64,000 nt of DNA from Ignavibacteriales bacterium (GCA_016218025.1 JACRFD010000073.1:4001-68000), one strand, 5' to 3'; numbered from the stretch's first letter, positions 9,527-19,828 are shown. The notes: a model not told the origin generated them from the sequence alone. Numbers and translations are program-made.

Positions 9527-9981
9527 GAATTTTCAATTGCAAATTTTCGATTTTCAATTATTTTTTTGCAATGGTTGATATGACAGAAGAAGAATTGAAA
9601 GAGAGAACGAAACAAATGGCATTGCGCGCAATAAAATTGGTAATGTCATTACCCAAAAACGATGTAAGCAATATTTTAGGCAGGCAATTAGTGCGATCAG
9701 CAACATCGGTTGCAGCGAATTACCGAGCTGTGTGCAAAGCAAGATCAAGAGCGGATTTCATCTCGAAGCTTGGTATAGTCGAAGAGGAAATTGATGAAAC
9801 TGAACTCTGGCTTGAGCTAATTGCCGACACTGGTTTAATTAAATTAGATCGACTGCAAAATTTAATCGATGAGGTAAAGCAATTAATTGCAATAATTGCA
9901 GCATCAAGGATAACCGCGAAGCGAAATAAATGAATAAAAAATTACGCTCAATTGTAAATCGCAAATTGTAAATTGAAAATC
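9527..9981 (+). repeat. IVS-like cassette A: inverted-repeat arms (9527-9559 / 9949-9981) bracketing a four-helix-bundle gene
   Basis: Left arm GAATTTTCAATTGCAAATTTTCGATTTTCAATT. The reverse complement of the right arm is GATTTTCAATTTACAATTTGCGATTTACAATTG. About 27/33 match with two 1-nt gaps (hand alignment). Confidence 0.55.
9571..9933 (+). CDS. Four-helix-bundle protein (23S rRNA intervening-sequence protein / Avd family)
   Basis: 120 aa. QLVRSATSVAANYRAVCKARSRADFISKLGIVEEEIDETELWLELI is the characteristic family core. Confidence 0.85.
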   Translation: MVDMTEEELKERTKQMALRAIKLVMSLPKNDVSNILGRQLVRSATSVAANYRAVCKARSRADFISKLGIVEEEIDETELWLELIADTGLIKLDRLQNLIDEVKQLIAIIAASRITAKRNK

Positions 9982-10061
9982 TCAGTAAACTTTTTACATT
10001 TTAATATGTCTAATTTTCAATCAATTTTCCCAATTAATCGAATAATCACTATATACATCAA

Positions 10062-11480
10062 ATGAAGAAAAAAATATTTATATATTCAGGGATTGGTATT
10101 ATCATAATTGCCGCTGCTGTTTATTTTTTATTCTTTAATGGCAATTCAAGCGAGATCGAATACCGAACCGAAAAAGTAAACCGAGGCAATATATTGGTGC
10201 AGGTAAGAGCTACCGGTACAATTAACCCTGTTCGAACAGTTTTGGTCGGTACACAGGTGTCTGGTATAATCGAAAAAATATATGTCGATTTCAACTCGAT
10301 TGTACGAATGGGTCAACCCGTTGCTCAAATTGATTCTACATTCCTTTGGGCTTCAGTTAAAGAAGCAGAAGCGAACTATGAAAGAAATCGCGCACAGTTG
10401 AATGAATCTCAACGCAATCTTGCCAGAACAAAAGAATTGTTCAAAAAAGATCTAGTCTCTCAGGCAGATTTAGATGCAGCACAAACCGGTTATGAAGCTG
10501 CAGCAGCACAACTAAAACAGTCAGAAGGAAGTGTAGAACGAGCCAGAGTGAATTTGCAATATGCTGTGATTCGATCTCCAATAGATGGAATAGTAATATC
10601 AAGAGATGTTGATGTTGGACAAACCGTTGCATCAAGTTTTCAGACACCCAAGATGTTTACAATTGCTCAGGATTTAAAAAACATGCAGGTTGAAGCCAGT
10701 GTTGACGAGGCAGATATCGGTCAGGTAAAAATAGATCAAGAAGTAACATTTACTGTCGATGCATATCCTCAGCAAGATTTTGAAGGAAAAGTTACACAAA
10801 TCAGATTGGCTCCGATAAATGTTCAAAACGTTGTAACCTATACTGTAATTATTAGTGTTGATAATGAGGATATGAAATTGCGCCCCGGTATGACCGCCAC
10901 CGCAACAATTCTTGTTGACAAGAAAGAAAATGTATTGCGGGTTCCGGTGTTGGCTACGAGATTTCAACCACCGGCAGATGTTTTGGAAAAATTAAATACT
11001 CAATCTGGTGCAAAAAATAATCCGGATACTCCCGGTAAAGATCAAATAACGCAGGGAGATACTCAAAGAAAAGAATCCGGTGAAAGGAAAGAGGGTTTTG
11101 TTCGTGGTGATGGTCAAAGAAATGCTAAGGAGTTCAGTAGAAATAAAAGTGAGAGAAAAAGTAGAACGGATTGGGTGAGTGGAAAAAAAGATCAATCTGG
11201 ATTTAATGTTCATAAAGAATTTAAGAAAAATGAAAATATAAAAACTTTACGAATCTGGATTTTGCAAGGTGGAAAAAATTTAAAATCTATAATTGTCAAA
11301 ACCGGTTTAACAGACAGTCGGTGGGTTGAGTTGGTGGATGATCAGCTAAAAGAGGGTGATGAGGTTATAATCGGTACGACAGGCGGGAATAGTATGGCAG
11401 CAAATGCCGGCCAAAATAATCCGTTCGGACCACAACGTATGATGATGGGTGGTCCCGGCGGCGGTGGTGGAAGAAGGTAA
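10062..11480 (+). CDS. Efflux periplasmic adaptor (HlyD/MacA family) with a long charged insert and a Gly-rich tail
   Basis: N-terminal TM helix, coiled-coil hairpin, barrel-sandwich signature (IRSPIDGIVISRDVDVGQ). An insert of about 100 aa rich in K/R/E/G/Q (aa ~300-400) and a C-terminal MMMGGPGGGGGRR. Confidence 0.8.
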   Translation: MKKKIFIYSGIGIIIIAAAVYFLFFNGNSSEIEYRTEKVNRGNILVQVRATGTINPVRTVLVGTQVSGIIEKIYVDFNSIVRMGQPVAQIDSTFLWASVKEAEANYERNRAQLNESQRNLARTKELFKKDLVSQADLDAAQTGYEAAAAQLKQSEGSVERARVNLQYAVIRSPIDGIVISRDVDVGQTVASSFQTPKMFTIAQDLKNMQVEASVDEADIGQVKIDQEVTFTVDAYPQQDFEGKVTQIRLAPINVQNVVTYTVIISVDNEDMKLRPGMTATATILVDKKENVLRVPVLATRFQPPADVLEKLNTQSGAKNNPDTPGKDQITQGDTQRKESGERKEGFVRGDGQRNAKEFSRNKSERKSRTDWVSGKKDQSGFNVHKEFKKNENIKTLRIWILQGGKNLKSIIVKTGLTDSRWVELVDDQLKEGDEVIIGTTGGNSMAANAGQNNPFGPQRMMMGGPGGGGGRR

Positions 11481-11488
11481 ATAAAATT

Positions 11489-12709
11489 ATGATGCGTTTT
11501 TTTGAAATTCTTCGAATTGCTTTCGATGCACTGCTTCGGAACAAAATGCGATCACTTCTAACAATGCTTGGTATAATAATAGGTGTTGGAGCTGTAATTG
11601 CAATGGTTGCTGTTGGAGAAGGTGCGCGGATTCAAGTCGAAACACAAATAAGCACGTTAGGATCAAACGTATTAATGGTTTTCCCCGGTTCTCTGGGAAG
11701 AGGTGGAGTAATGAGCGGTGGGCAAACAGGAACCGGATTAACAGAAGAAGATCAGATTGCAGTTAAAGAACAATGTCCGGCTGTTGCTTATGTAAGCCCA
11801 CAGGTAGGTACCGGAGGTCAACTTGTTTATGGAAATAAGAATTGGGGAACACGTATACAAGGAGGTACCACAGATGTATTTGCTATAAGAGATTGGCAGT
11901 TAACAGGCGGTGATTTTTTCACGGATCAGGATGTGCGTGCATCTACCAAAGTTTGTGTTATAGGAAAAACTATTGTTGACCAATTGTTTGAAAACGATGA
12001 TCCAATTGGTAATACCATAAGGATACGCTCTATTCCGTTCAGAGTTGTCGGGGTACTGAAATCAAAAGGGCAAAATGCAATGGGACAAGATCAGGATGAT
12101 GTTGTTATTATTCCATATTCAACTTTACAGAAACGGCTGATGGGACATACCCATTCATGGGGATTTATTGTTTCGGCTGTAACAAAAAAGCAAATTCCCG
12201 AAGCTCAATTACAAATGACCGATCTATTGCGGGCAAGACATAAATTAAGTCCTGGAGATGAAAACGATTTTACAATTAGAACCCAGACTGAAATTGCCGA
12301 TGCCCAGTCGGCGACGGCAAATATTATGACGATACTCCTCGCAAGCATTGCGTCAATATCACTTCTTGTCGGAGGAATAGGAGTAATGAATATCATGCTG
12401 GTTTCCGTGACCGAAAGAACCAGAGAAATCGGAATTCGAATCTCAATCGGAGCCAGACAGCGGGATATCTTGTTGCAATTTTTAATGGAAGCGTTAGTGA
12501 TGAGTTTATTGGGTGGATTAATTGGAATACTTTTCGGTGTCGCTTCATCCAACTTGGTATCGAGATTTGCCGGTTGGCCAACTTTTGTTACAACCCAATC
12601 CATAATCATGGCTGTTACATTCTCGATGGGTGTGGGAATATTTTTTGGATATTATCCTGCGCGGAAAGCTTCAGGTTTGAATCCTATCGATGCACTAAGA
12701 TATGAATAA
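11489..12709 (+). CDS. ABC transporter permease, MacB/FtsX family
   Basis: 406 aa with an N-terminal TM helix, a large periplasmic domain and a C-terminal FtsX region (VGGIGVMNIMLVSVTERTREIGIR). Confidence 0.85.
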   Translation: MMRFFEILRIAFDALLRNKMRSLLTMLGIIIGVGAVIAMVAVGEGARIQVETQISTLGSNVLMVFPGSLGRGGVMSGGQTGTGLTEEDQIAVKEQCPAVAYVSPQVGTGGQLVYGNKNWGTRIQGGTTDVFAIRDWQLTGGDFFTDQDVRASTKVCVIGKTIVDQLFENDDPIGNTIRIRSIPFRVVGVLKSKGQNAMGQDQDDVVIIPYSTLQKRLMGHTHSWGFIVSAVTKKQIPEAQLQMTDLLRARHKLSPGDENDFTIRTQTEIADAQSATANIMTILLASIASISLLVGGIGVMNIMLVSVTERTREIGIRISIGARQRDILLQFLMEALVMSLLGGLIGILFGVASSNLVSRFAGWPTFVTTQSIIMAVTFSMGVGIFFGYYPARKASGLNPIDALRYE

Positions 12710-12718
12710 TTTGTTTAT

Positions 12719-13606
12719 TTGAAAGTTATGAATCAAGCTTGGACAGACGATGAAATAAAAATCTTACGCAAGTATTATCGTAAACACGGTGCAAAATTTG
12801 TTGCGCAGAAAATAAATCGATCAGCAGACTCAATTGTTTTGAAAGCCGGACAATTGGGGATACATTCAAAGAATTTAAGAAAATGGGAATTATGGGAAGA
12901 TAAGTATTTGGTTCGACATCATGAAGACAGAACGAACGCCTCACTTGCACGTGTTTTAAAGAGAACATTACCCTCGGTGATGGGCCGGCTAAAAAAGCTG
13001 GGGTTGACGAAACCTGTTTCGCACCGATGGACAGAAGAACAAAAAGAATTACTCAGGAAATACTATCCCGACCGTTCTATTTCGTTGGAAGAAATCTCTA
13101 ATAAAATTGGAAGATCGAAATACAGTTTACTTCTCTATGCTCAATATCTGGGAGTTAGCAGACCTCAGCATGATCACGAATGGACCAAAGAGGAACATCA
13201 ATATCTCCAGAAAAATTTTAAAAAGAAAACAAACAAGCAGCTTGCCGCTGATTTGGGATTATCAGAAAGTGCGGTAAATCATTATTTGAACCGGCACGGA
13301 ATGAATCGCAGACCCACACCGCGGAAATGGACAGATGAAGATATTAATTATCTCAAAGCAAACTATAAAAAAATTCCTACAAAAGAAATTGCAGCAAAAT
13401 TAATGCGGAACACCGATAATGTAATTAATCATGCGGGCGAACTTGGTTTAAGTTCAGGACCAGCAAAGCTATGGACGGAAGAAGATAAAAAGTATTTATC
13501 TGAAAATTACAATAAAATCCCGATCGAAAATATTGCAGCATTCTTGGGGCGTACGATTAACGCAGTTACAGCATTTGTTGTCAAACATAAATTAGTGTCT
13601 AAATAG
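12719..13606 (+). CDS. Protein of six tandem Myb/SANT-like helix-turn-helix repeats (start TTG 12719 or ATG 12728)
   Basis: Six units of about 45-50 aa, each beginning with W(T/E)xE(E/D)xxxLxxxY and ending in ...G(L/I/V/M). The repeat sequences are listed in the finding. Confidence 0.6.
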   Translation: MKVMNQAWTDDEIKILRKYYRKHGAKFVAQKINRSADSIVLKAGQLGIHSKNLRKWELWEDKYLVRHHEDRTNASLARVLKRTLPSVMGRLKKLGLTKPVSHRWTEEQKELLRKYYPDRSISLEEISNKIGRSKYSLLLYAQYLGVSRPQHDHEWTKEEHQYLQKNFKKKTNKQLAADLGLSESAVNHYLNRHGMNRRPTPRKWTDEDINYLKANYKKIPTKEIAAKLMRNTDNVINHAGELGLSSGPAKLWTEEDKKYLSENYNKIPIENIAAFLGRTINAVTAFVVKHKLVSK

Positions 13607-13684
13607 GTTGAATGATTTCAGATTTTCAGTATATTATAAAACTTTGAATCCGATTTCATTAAAATATTAGGCGAATTATTTTCA

Positions 13685-15688
13685 ATGTCTTTCAATCTTA
13701 TCTCCGATTTTAAACCGAGCGGTGATCAACCCCAAGCTATTAAAGAATTAACAGAGGGAGTGATACGCGGCGATAAGTATCAAACTCTGCTTGGAGTTAC
13801 AGGAAGCGGAAAAACATATACCGTTTCAAATGTAATTTCAAAAATAAATAAACCAACTCTCATCATGTCGCATAATAAAACTCTTGCGGCACAGTTGTAT
13901 GCGGAGTTTAAGCAGTTCTTTCCGAATGACCATGTCGAATTTTTCATCTCATATTACGATTACTATCAACCCGAAGCATATCTGCCGGTAACGGACACAT
14001 ATATTCAGAAAGATTCATCGGTGAATGATGAAATAGATCGTCTACGATTGCGGGCAACAAGTGCACTGCTCAGCGGAGATTCGAACGTAATCGTTATTGC
14101 ATCTGTAAGCTGCATTTATGGAATCGGTGCGCCGGATGAATGGATAGAACAAATGTTGAGGATTAGAAAAGGAGATCGGATTGAACGAAATACTATGCTG
14201 CGAAAGCTCCTTGATATCCATTATCTAAGAAACGATTTCGAGTTTACACGCGGAACATTCAGGGTTCGCGGAGACGTTGTGGAAGTAATTCCAGCATATG
14301 AAAATGAACAGGCGCTCCGAATCCAGTTTTTCGGAGATGAAATAGAAAAAATATCTTACATCCATCCGCTCACCGGAGATTTTTTATCGGAAATTAACGC
14401 AGAAGTTATATATCCGGCTAAACATTTTATAACCACACCTGAAACACTCGAACGTGCTGTCAAAGATATCGAGACGGAGATGAATGAACAAGTCAAATAC
14501 TTTAAGCAGATCGGAAAACTTCTAGAAGCACAAAGAATTGAGCAACGGACAAAGTTCGATATCGAAATGATGCGCGAGGTGGGTTACTGTTCAGGAATTG
14601 AAAATTACTCGAGGCATATTGCCGGTAGACCGGCCGGGTCGCGGCCATACTGTTTGTTAGATTATTTCCCGAAAGATTTTTTACTCGTAGTTGATGAATC
14701 TCATGTTACTGTTCCGCAGGTAGGCGGTATGTGGCACGGCGACAGAGCACGTAAAACAACGCTGATTGATTTCGGATTCAGATTGCCATCGGCGTTAGAT
14801 AACAGGCCGTTGACTTTCGAAGAATGGGAAAATATGGTGAAGCAAGTTATTTTTGTAAGCGCCACACCAGGTCCTTATGAATTAGAAAAATCGAAGGGAG
14901 TTGTTGTTGAACAGATTATACGTCCGACCGGACTAATCGATCCTGCCGTAGAAGTCCGTCCGGTTAAAAACCAAATCGATGATTTGATTTATGAAATCAG
15001 GGAACGAGCAAAAAGAAAAGAAAGATCACTTGTAACAACTTTAACTAAGAGAATGTCTGAAGACTTAACGAAATATCTTGCCGATATTAAAATTAGAGTA
15101 AGATACATACATTCTGAGATTGACGCTCTTGAAAGGGTTGAGATTCTCCGTGATCTAAGATTGGGTGAATTCGATGTGCTTGTTGGAGTAAATCTCTTAC
15201 GCGAAGGACTTGACCTGCCGGAAGTTTCACTCGTTGCCATTCTCGATGCAGATAAAGAGGGATTTCTCCGTTCCGAAAAATCGTTAATACAGACTGCAGG
15301 TAGGACAGCCCGTAATTTAAATGGGAAAGTAATTTTATATGCAGATGTTCAAACGGGGTCAATGAAACGGATGTTGGAAGAAACGTTAAGGAGAAGGGAA
15401 AAACAGATCGAATACAATAAAATAAATAATATCACACCTAAAACTATTTATAAATCTACCGATGAAATTCTTGCCTCAACGGCTGTTGCCGATGTAAAAG
15501 GATCCAAAGAGACAAGGAAAGAGCTTGCACCGAGGATTTCTGAAAATTTATTTAAATATATGACTCCTGACCAAAAAAGAGATTTGCTTGACGAATTGAG
15601 AACGGAAATGAGAACTGCATCCAAAGATCTTGATTTTGAGAGAGCGGCAGCACTTAGGGATGAAATTCAAAAATTAGAGAAGAGGTAA
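13685..15688 (+). CDS. uvrB: Excinuclease ABC subunit B
   Basis: 667 aa. Walker [11 protein letters not shown], helicase motifs (VDESH, SATPG), C-terminal UVR domain [15 protein letters not shown]. Confidence 0.97.
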   Translation: MSFNLISDFKPSGDQPQAIKELTEGVIRGDKYQTLLGVTGSGKTYTVSNVISKINKPTLIMSHNKTLAAQLYAEFKQFFPNDHVEFFISYYDYYQPEAYLPVTDTYIQKDSSVNDEIDRLRLRATSALLSGDSNVIVIASVSCIYGIGAPDEWIEQMLRIRKGDRIERNTMLRKLLDIHYLRNDFEFTRGTFRVRGDVVEVIPAYENEQALRIQFFGDEIEKISYIHPLTGDFLSEINAEVIYPAKHFITTPETLERAVKDIETEMNEQVKYFKQIGKLLEAQRIEQRTKFDIEMMREVGYCSGIENYSRHIAGRPAGSRPYCLLDYFPKDFLLVVDESHVTVPQVGGMWHGDRARKTTLIDFGFRLPSALDNRPLTFEEWENMVKQVIFVSATPGPYELEKSKGVVVEQIIRPTGLIDPAVEVRPVKNQIDDLIYEIRERAKRKERSLVTTLTKRMSEDLTKYLADIKIRVRYIHSEIDALERVEILRDLRLGEFDVLVGVNLLREGLDLPEVSLVAILDADKEGFLRSEKSLIQTAGRTARNLNGKVILYADVQTGSMKRMLEETLRRREKQIEYNKINNITPKTIYKSTDEILASTAVADVKGSKETRKELAPRISENLFKYMTPDQKRDLLDELRTEMRTASKDLDFERAAALRDEIQKLEKR

Positions 15689-15707
15689 AACACCTTTTTA
15701 TCGCCGA

Positions 15708-16421
15708 GTGATTTTGAATATTTTGTTCCGATATATCATCAAACCTGTAAGAGAATTCATTTATCCACCTGTTTGCTTTATCTGCAATAACCGCATCGAA
15801 GATGAATCACTGCGTGTATGTTCGTTATGCTGGGGCAGTTTTAAGTTGGTTGAACCATCGGACCCGACCTGGAAGGAAATAAAGGCAAAATTTGATGAAG
15901 CAAAATTTATCGACGATATAATCTCATGCTATCTTTTCGAGAAAGATGGAAAACTGCAGGATTTGATTCACCAATTAAAATATCAAGGTATCAAATCCCA
16001 TGGAATAAAGCTTGGTGAAATGATCGGTGTGAAAATATTATTAGATAATTTATTCTCCAATGCCGATTTTCTCATTCCTGTTCCTTTGCACAAATTAAAA
16101 AAAAGAGAACGCGGATATAACCAGGCTGAGTTAATTTGTAATGGTATATCGAATAAAACTAAAATTCCGGTAGAAAATACAATCTTAGAAAGGATAAAAT
16201 ATACACAGACACAGACAACACTTTCATTAATTGAACGAAAAGAGAATATGCAGGAAGCATTTATCTTAAGTCATAGCCGGGGAGATAAAGTCAAAGGTAA
16301 GAGAATTATTCTTGTTGATGATGTTATTACAACAGGTGCAACAATTAATTCTTGTGCAAAAACACTTCTTCAACACAATGCAAAATCCATTCTTGCCGCA
16401 TCAATAGCTCTTGCACAATAA
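15708..16421 (+). CDS. comF: ComF family protein (phosphoribosyltransferase domain)
   Basis: N-terminal Cys pairs CFIC...CSLC. PRTase motif ILVDDVITTGATI. Confidence 0.85.
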   Translation: MILNILFRYIIKPVREFIYPPVCFICNNRIEDESLRVCSLCWGSFKLVEPSDPTWKEIKAKFDEAKFIDDIISCYLFEKDGKLQDLIHQLKYQGIKSHGIKLGEMIGVKILLDNLFSNADFLIPVPLHKLKKRERGYNQAELICNGISNKTKIPVENTILERIKYTQTQTTLSLIERKENMQEAFILSHSRGDKVKGKRIILVDDVITTGATINSCAKTLLQHNAKSILAASIALAQ

Positions 16422-16427
16422 AAATAT

Positions 16428-17963
16428 TTGAAATCAAAAATGGGCAAATATAATATTTTAAAAATTTCCAAATTAAATGAATTATTAATAAAATATTCCC
16501 CACCGATATTATTGTTCTTTTCAATAACAGTTGTTTACCGGTTTATTTTTCATTATCCGTACATCCAGGATGATTGGTTGATTATAGGAGAGATAAAAAG
16601 GTTAGGTGGTGAGGTGTTTTTTTCAAAAATATTTTCAGACATTCATTATCTGTTTTTTCGTCCAGTGGGTAAGCTATATTTTCTCGGAATTTATAATCTG
16701 TACAATCTGGATTCAGCCGGATTTCATCTAATTTCTATAATTATTCACTTCCTGAGTTCGCTCTTAGTCGCACGAATTGTTATATGGCTAACTGAAAAAC
16801 CGTTTATCGGATGGTCGGCGGGTTTTTTGTACGCTTCAGCGATAAAAATACATATCGATTCAATGATGTGGTTGGTCGGATTTTATGATGTCGGTGGAGC
16901 ATTTTTCTTCTTTCTCTCTTTGTATTTATTCCTAAGGAGAAAGAACATACTTTCGGCGATTGCTTATCTGTTTGCGGTGTTTACCAAGGAATCAACAGTG
17001 ATTCTTCTACCGGTTTTATTTTTCGCAGGTTTCCTTTTTGATTATTTAAAATCCAAATTGATGCGAAAAATATTTCTTCAGTTAAAAGATATTTGGTTTC
17101 ATCTTTTTATCTTTGTTTTGTTTCTGTTGGTAAGAATTCCTGCACTGACTTCATTGCCCGTTGAAGAGGTTCATCCTTATCGCTTAAGTGTTACTGCCGG
17201 GATATTATTTTCAAATATATCTTTATCTTCTAATTGGTTGTTTGAAACATTAATTCCGGTTCTTGACATTTCATCATCAAGTATAATTTCAATTATCTGT
17301 CTGATTCTGATTTTAGCATTGCTTCATATTAAAACAGATACGGATAAAAGAATCTTGATGTTTTTAGAAGGGTGGTTAATCATTGGAATATTCCCCGTGA
17401 TCTTTTTGGCAGATCATTTTTTCCGCTATTATCTTACATATTCATTGCCGCCATTTATTATGCTCATGTTGTTGTTTCTTAAAAACATCATTGGTTTGAT
17501 ATACCCAAAGAGGAGCATCGATAAATATTTATTTATTACTGTAACAACGGTTGTTGTAATTATTTCGATAAACTATATTGTGAACATCGAGAAACTTGGA
17601 TTTAATATCCCTACCATGGCAGGCTCCAATAATTTGATTCGTAAAGGTGTTATCGTAAAAATGGTTCAGAACTACCTGATTAAAAATCATGCCGATTTGC
17701 CGAATGGTTCCGCATTGTTGTTTAATTGGATTCCAACCGTGGCATTTGGAAAAGAACAAGGTCCTCGAATTTGGTACAATGATAATTCAATTCAGGTATA
17801 TGAAATACAGCATGTTGGAAGAGATAATGGTGGAATCTTTCCGATTACTGAACGCATGGAATCAACTACGGACAAATATTTGAAATTAGATAAAATAATA
17901 TTTCTTGCATTCCACGGAGACTACATCAGAGAAGTTTCAGAAGATGAGTTTTTTAAGAAGTAA
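16428..17963 (+). CDS. Polytopic membrane protein, possibly a GT39/ArnT-like glycosyltransferase (alternative ATG at 16440)
   Basis: 511 aa with more than 10 hydrophobic helices. The FAVFTKESTVILLPVLFF segment resembles PMT_2/ArnT-type proteins. The functional assignment is weak. Confidence 0.4.
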   Translation: MKSKMGKYNILKISKLNELLIKYSPPILLFFSITVVYRFIFHYPYIQDDWLIIGEIKRLGGEVFFSKIFSDIHYLFFRPVGKLYFLGIYNLYNLDSAGFHLISIIIHFLSSLLVARIVIWLTEKPFIGWSAGFLYASAIKIHIDSMMWLVGFYDVGGAFFFFLSLYLFLRRKNILSAIAYLFAVFTKESTVILLPVLFFAGFLFDYLKSKLMRKIFLQLKDIWFHLFIFVLFLLVRIPALTSLPVEEVHPYRLSVTAGILFSNISLSSNWLFETLIPVLDISSSSIISIICLILILALLHIKTDTDKRILMFLEGWLIIGIFPVIFLADHFFRYYLTYSLPPFIMLMLLFLKNIIGLIYPKRSIDKYLFITVTTVVVIISINYIVNIEKLGFNIPTMAGSNNLIRKGVIVKMVQNYLIKNHADLPNGSALLFNWIPTVAFGKEQGPRIWYNDNSIQVYEIQHVGRDNGGIFPITERMESTTDKYLKLDKIIFLAFHGDYIREVSEDEFFKK

Positions 17964-18106
17964 CCGTAACTTTATTTTAAGGGAAAGCAATAATTAGTTA
18001 AGTTGATTTTGGTTACCATTCTTGCTAAATTGAAGCAACTTCTTATGCAAAAAATCTTACATTATTTAAATTATTTAGAACATATTCATTCAAATGGAGA
18101 AATTCA

Positions 18107-19162
18107 ATGGCAGTTAAAGTAGGTATAAACGGTTTTGGTCGGATCGGACGGCAGGTTTTTAGAATTATTAGAGATAATTATCCGAAAACTTTAGAGGTCG
18201 TGGCAATTAATGATATTGGTGACCTGAAAACGATGGCTCATTTATTAAAGTACGATACAAATTACGGCCGGTTTAACGGTAAAGTTGAAGTAGGAGAGAA
18301 TGCGCTTATCATAGATGGTAAAGCAGTCAGAATGTTTAAAGAAACAGAGCCGGATAAACTTCCTTGGGGCGAAGTCGGCGTTGAGATCGTAATAGAAGGC
18401 ACCGGACTCTTCACAATTAAAAAAGATGGTGTAAATAAAAAAGGGAAAACAGTTAAAGGTGCTGAAAACCATATCACAAAAGGCGGAGCCAAGAAAGTTA
18501 TTATTACTGCCCCCGCAGAAGGTGAGGATCTCACTGTTGTTCTTGGTGTGAATGAAAATAAATATGATCCTAAAAATCATCATGTTATTTCTAACGCTTC
18601 CTGCACAACCAATTGCCTTGCGCCGGCAGTTAAGGTTGTACACGATAAATTCAAAATCGTCCGCGGACTGATGACAACGATACATGCATACACGAACGAT
18701 CAGAAGATACTTGATTTACCACACAGCGATTTACGTCGTGCCCGCGCGGCAGCGATGAATATCATTCCCACTACAACCGGTGCGGCAAAAGCTCTTGCGC
18801 TGGTTATCCCAGAATTAAAAGGAAAGTTCGATGGCTACGCATTACGTGTTCCAACATCAACAGTTTCGGTGGTGGATTTTACAGCGCAAATTGAAATGCC
18901 TTGCACAACTGAAGAGTTACGTCAGTCGTTCCGCGATGCAGCAAACGGACCGATGAAGGGTATCCTTGCCGCAATAGATGAACCGCTTGTGAGCATCGAC
19001 TTCAAGGGCGACCCGCACAGTTCATCTGTAGATTTACCGTTCACTCAGGTTCTTGGTAAAGAGAAGAGTGACTTCATAAAAGTCGTTACATGGTACGATA
19101 ACGAATGGGGTTATTCTGTTCGAACTGCAGATCTGGCTAATCTCATTGCGTCAAAATTATAA
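18107..19162 (+). CDS. gap: Glyceraldehyde-3-phosphate dehydrogenase, type I
   Basis: [12 protein letters not shown]-binding motif and [12 protein letters not shown] active site. 351 aa. Confidence 0.97.
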   Translation: MAVKVGINGFGRIGRQVFRIIRDNYPKTLEVVAINDIGDLKTMAHLLKYDTNYGRFNGKVEVGENALIIDGKAVRMFKETEPDKLPWGEVGVEIVIEGTGLFTIKKDGVNKKGKTVKGAENHITKGGAKKVIITAPAEGEDLTVVLGVNENKYDPKNHHVISNASCTTNCLAPAVKVVHDKFKIVRGLMTTIHAYTNDQKILDLPHSDLRRARAAAMNIIPTTTGAAKALALVIPELKGKFDGYALRVPTSTVSVVDFTAQIEMPCTTEELRQSFRDAANGPMKGILAAIDEPLVSIDFKGDPHSSSVDLPFTQVLGKEKSDFIKVVTWYDNEWGYSVRTADLANLIASKL

Positions 19163-19166
19163 ATAT

Positions 19167-19699
19167 AGTTGTTGGTTTTTGGTTATTAGTTGTTAGTTTA
19201 TTGTTCTGAGTTTTATTTTTTGGTTGCGGATAATGCTTAAGCGTCTTTCGATTTGATCGATGGCTACAGGATTAGAAAATTTATGGATATATAAACTTGC
19301 GGAAGACCTTGAGGTAAAGATTCATGAAGTTACCAAGGCATTCCCTAAGGATGAATTTTACCGTTCGGTGGATCAGCTTAGACGTTCATCTTCTTCGGTG
19401 TCAAATAATATCGCAGAACATTATCATAAAACAACAACAAAAGAAAAGTTAAGATTTCTTGGAATTGCAAAGAGTGAATTAGAAGAGACAAAAAGAGGGA
19501 TTTTGAAATCAGCCCGCAAAAAGTTCTTGACTGAAGTTATCGCGATTGAAATTTCAGATCAATACACTGTCTTAATAAAAGGTATCACTTCTTATATGAG
19601 ATTTCTTGAACTTAACAGTATCGGAAAATAAAATGAATCGAATACACGTTACTAAAACTATTAACTATCAACCGAAACCATTAACCACTAACTAAGAAC
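19167..19699 (+). repeat. IVS-like cassette B: inverted-repeat arms (19167-19210 / 19648-19699) bracketing a four-helix-bundle gene, inserted between gap and pgk
   Basis: The left arm contains GGTTTTTGGTTATTAGTTGTTAGTTTATTG. The reverse complement of the right arm contains GGTTTCGGTTGATAGTTAATAGTTTTAGT, roughly three quarters identical by eye. Confidence 0.55.
19260..19631 (+). CDS. Four-helix-bundle protein (23S rRNA IVS / Avd family)
   Basis: 123 aa. QLRRSSSSVSNNIAEHYHKTTTKEKLRFLGIAKSELEETK is the family core. Confidence 0.85.
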   Translation: MATGLENLWIYKLAEDLEVKIHEVTKAFPKDEFYRSVDQLRRSSSSVSNNIAEHYHKTTTKEKLRFLGIAKSELEETKRGILKSARKKFLTEVIAIEISDQYTVLIKGITSYMRFLELNSIGK

Positions 19700-19828
19700 T
19701 TCATTAAAAGAATAATATTGAATGAATCAGATCCATTGCGTAGATAGAAGAAGCACAAGATTTAATATATAGCGTAAATCAAAACAATTGAATAAGCATT
19801 ACAAAAATTTAGATGAGGAGAAATTTGA

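Noticed and set aside
18410-18500. Lys/Gly-rich extra segment in GAPDH ([35 protein letters not shown]) relative to the E. coli-type sequence.
   Set aside because: Loop-length variation at this position occurs among GAPDH subfamilies. The catalytic and NAD-binding motifs are intact. I cannot show without an alignment that the segment is unusual.
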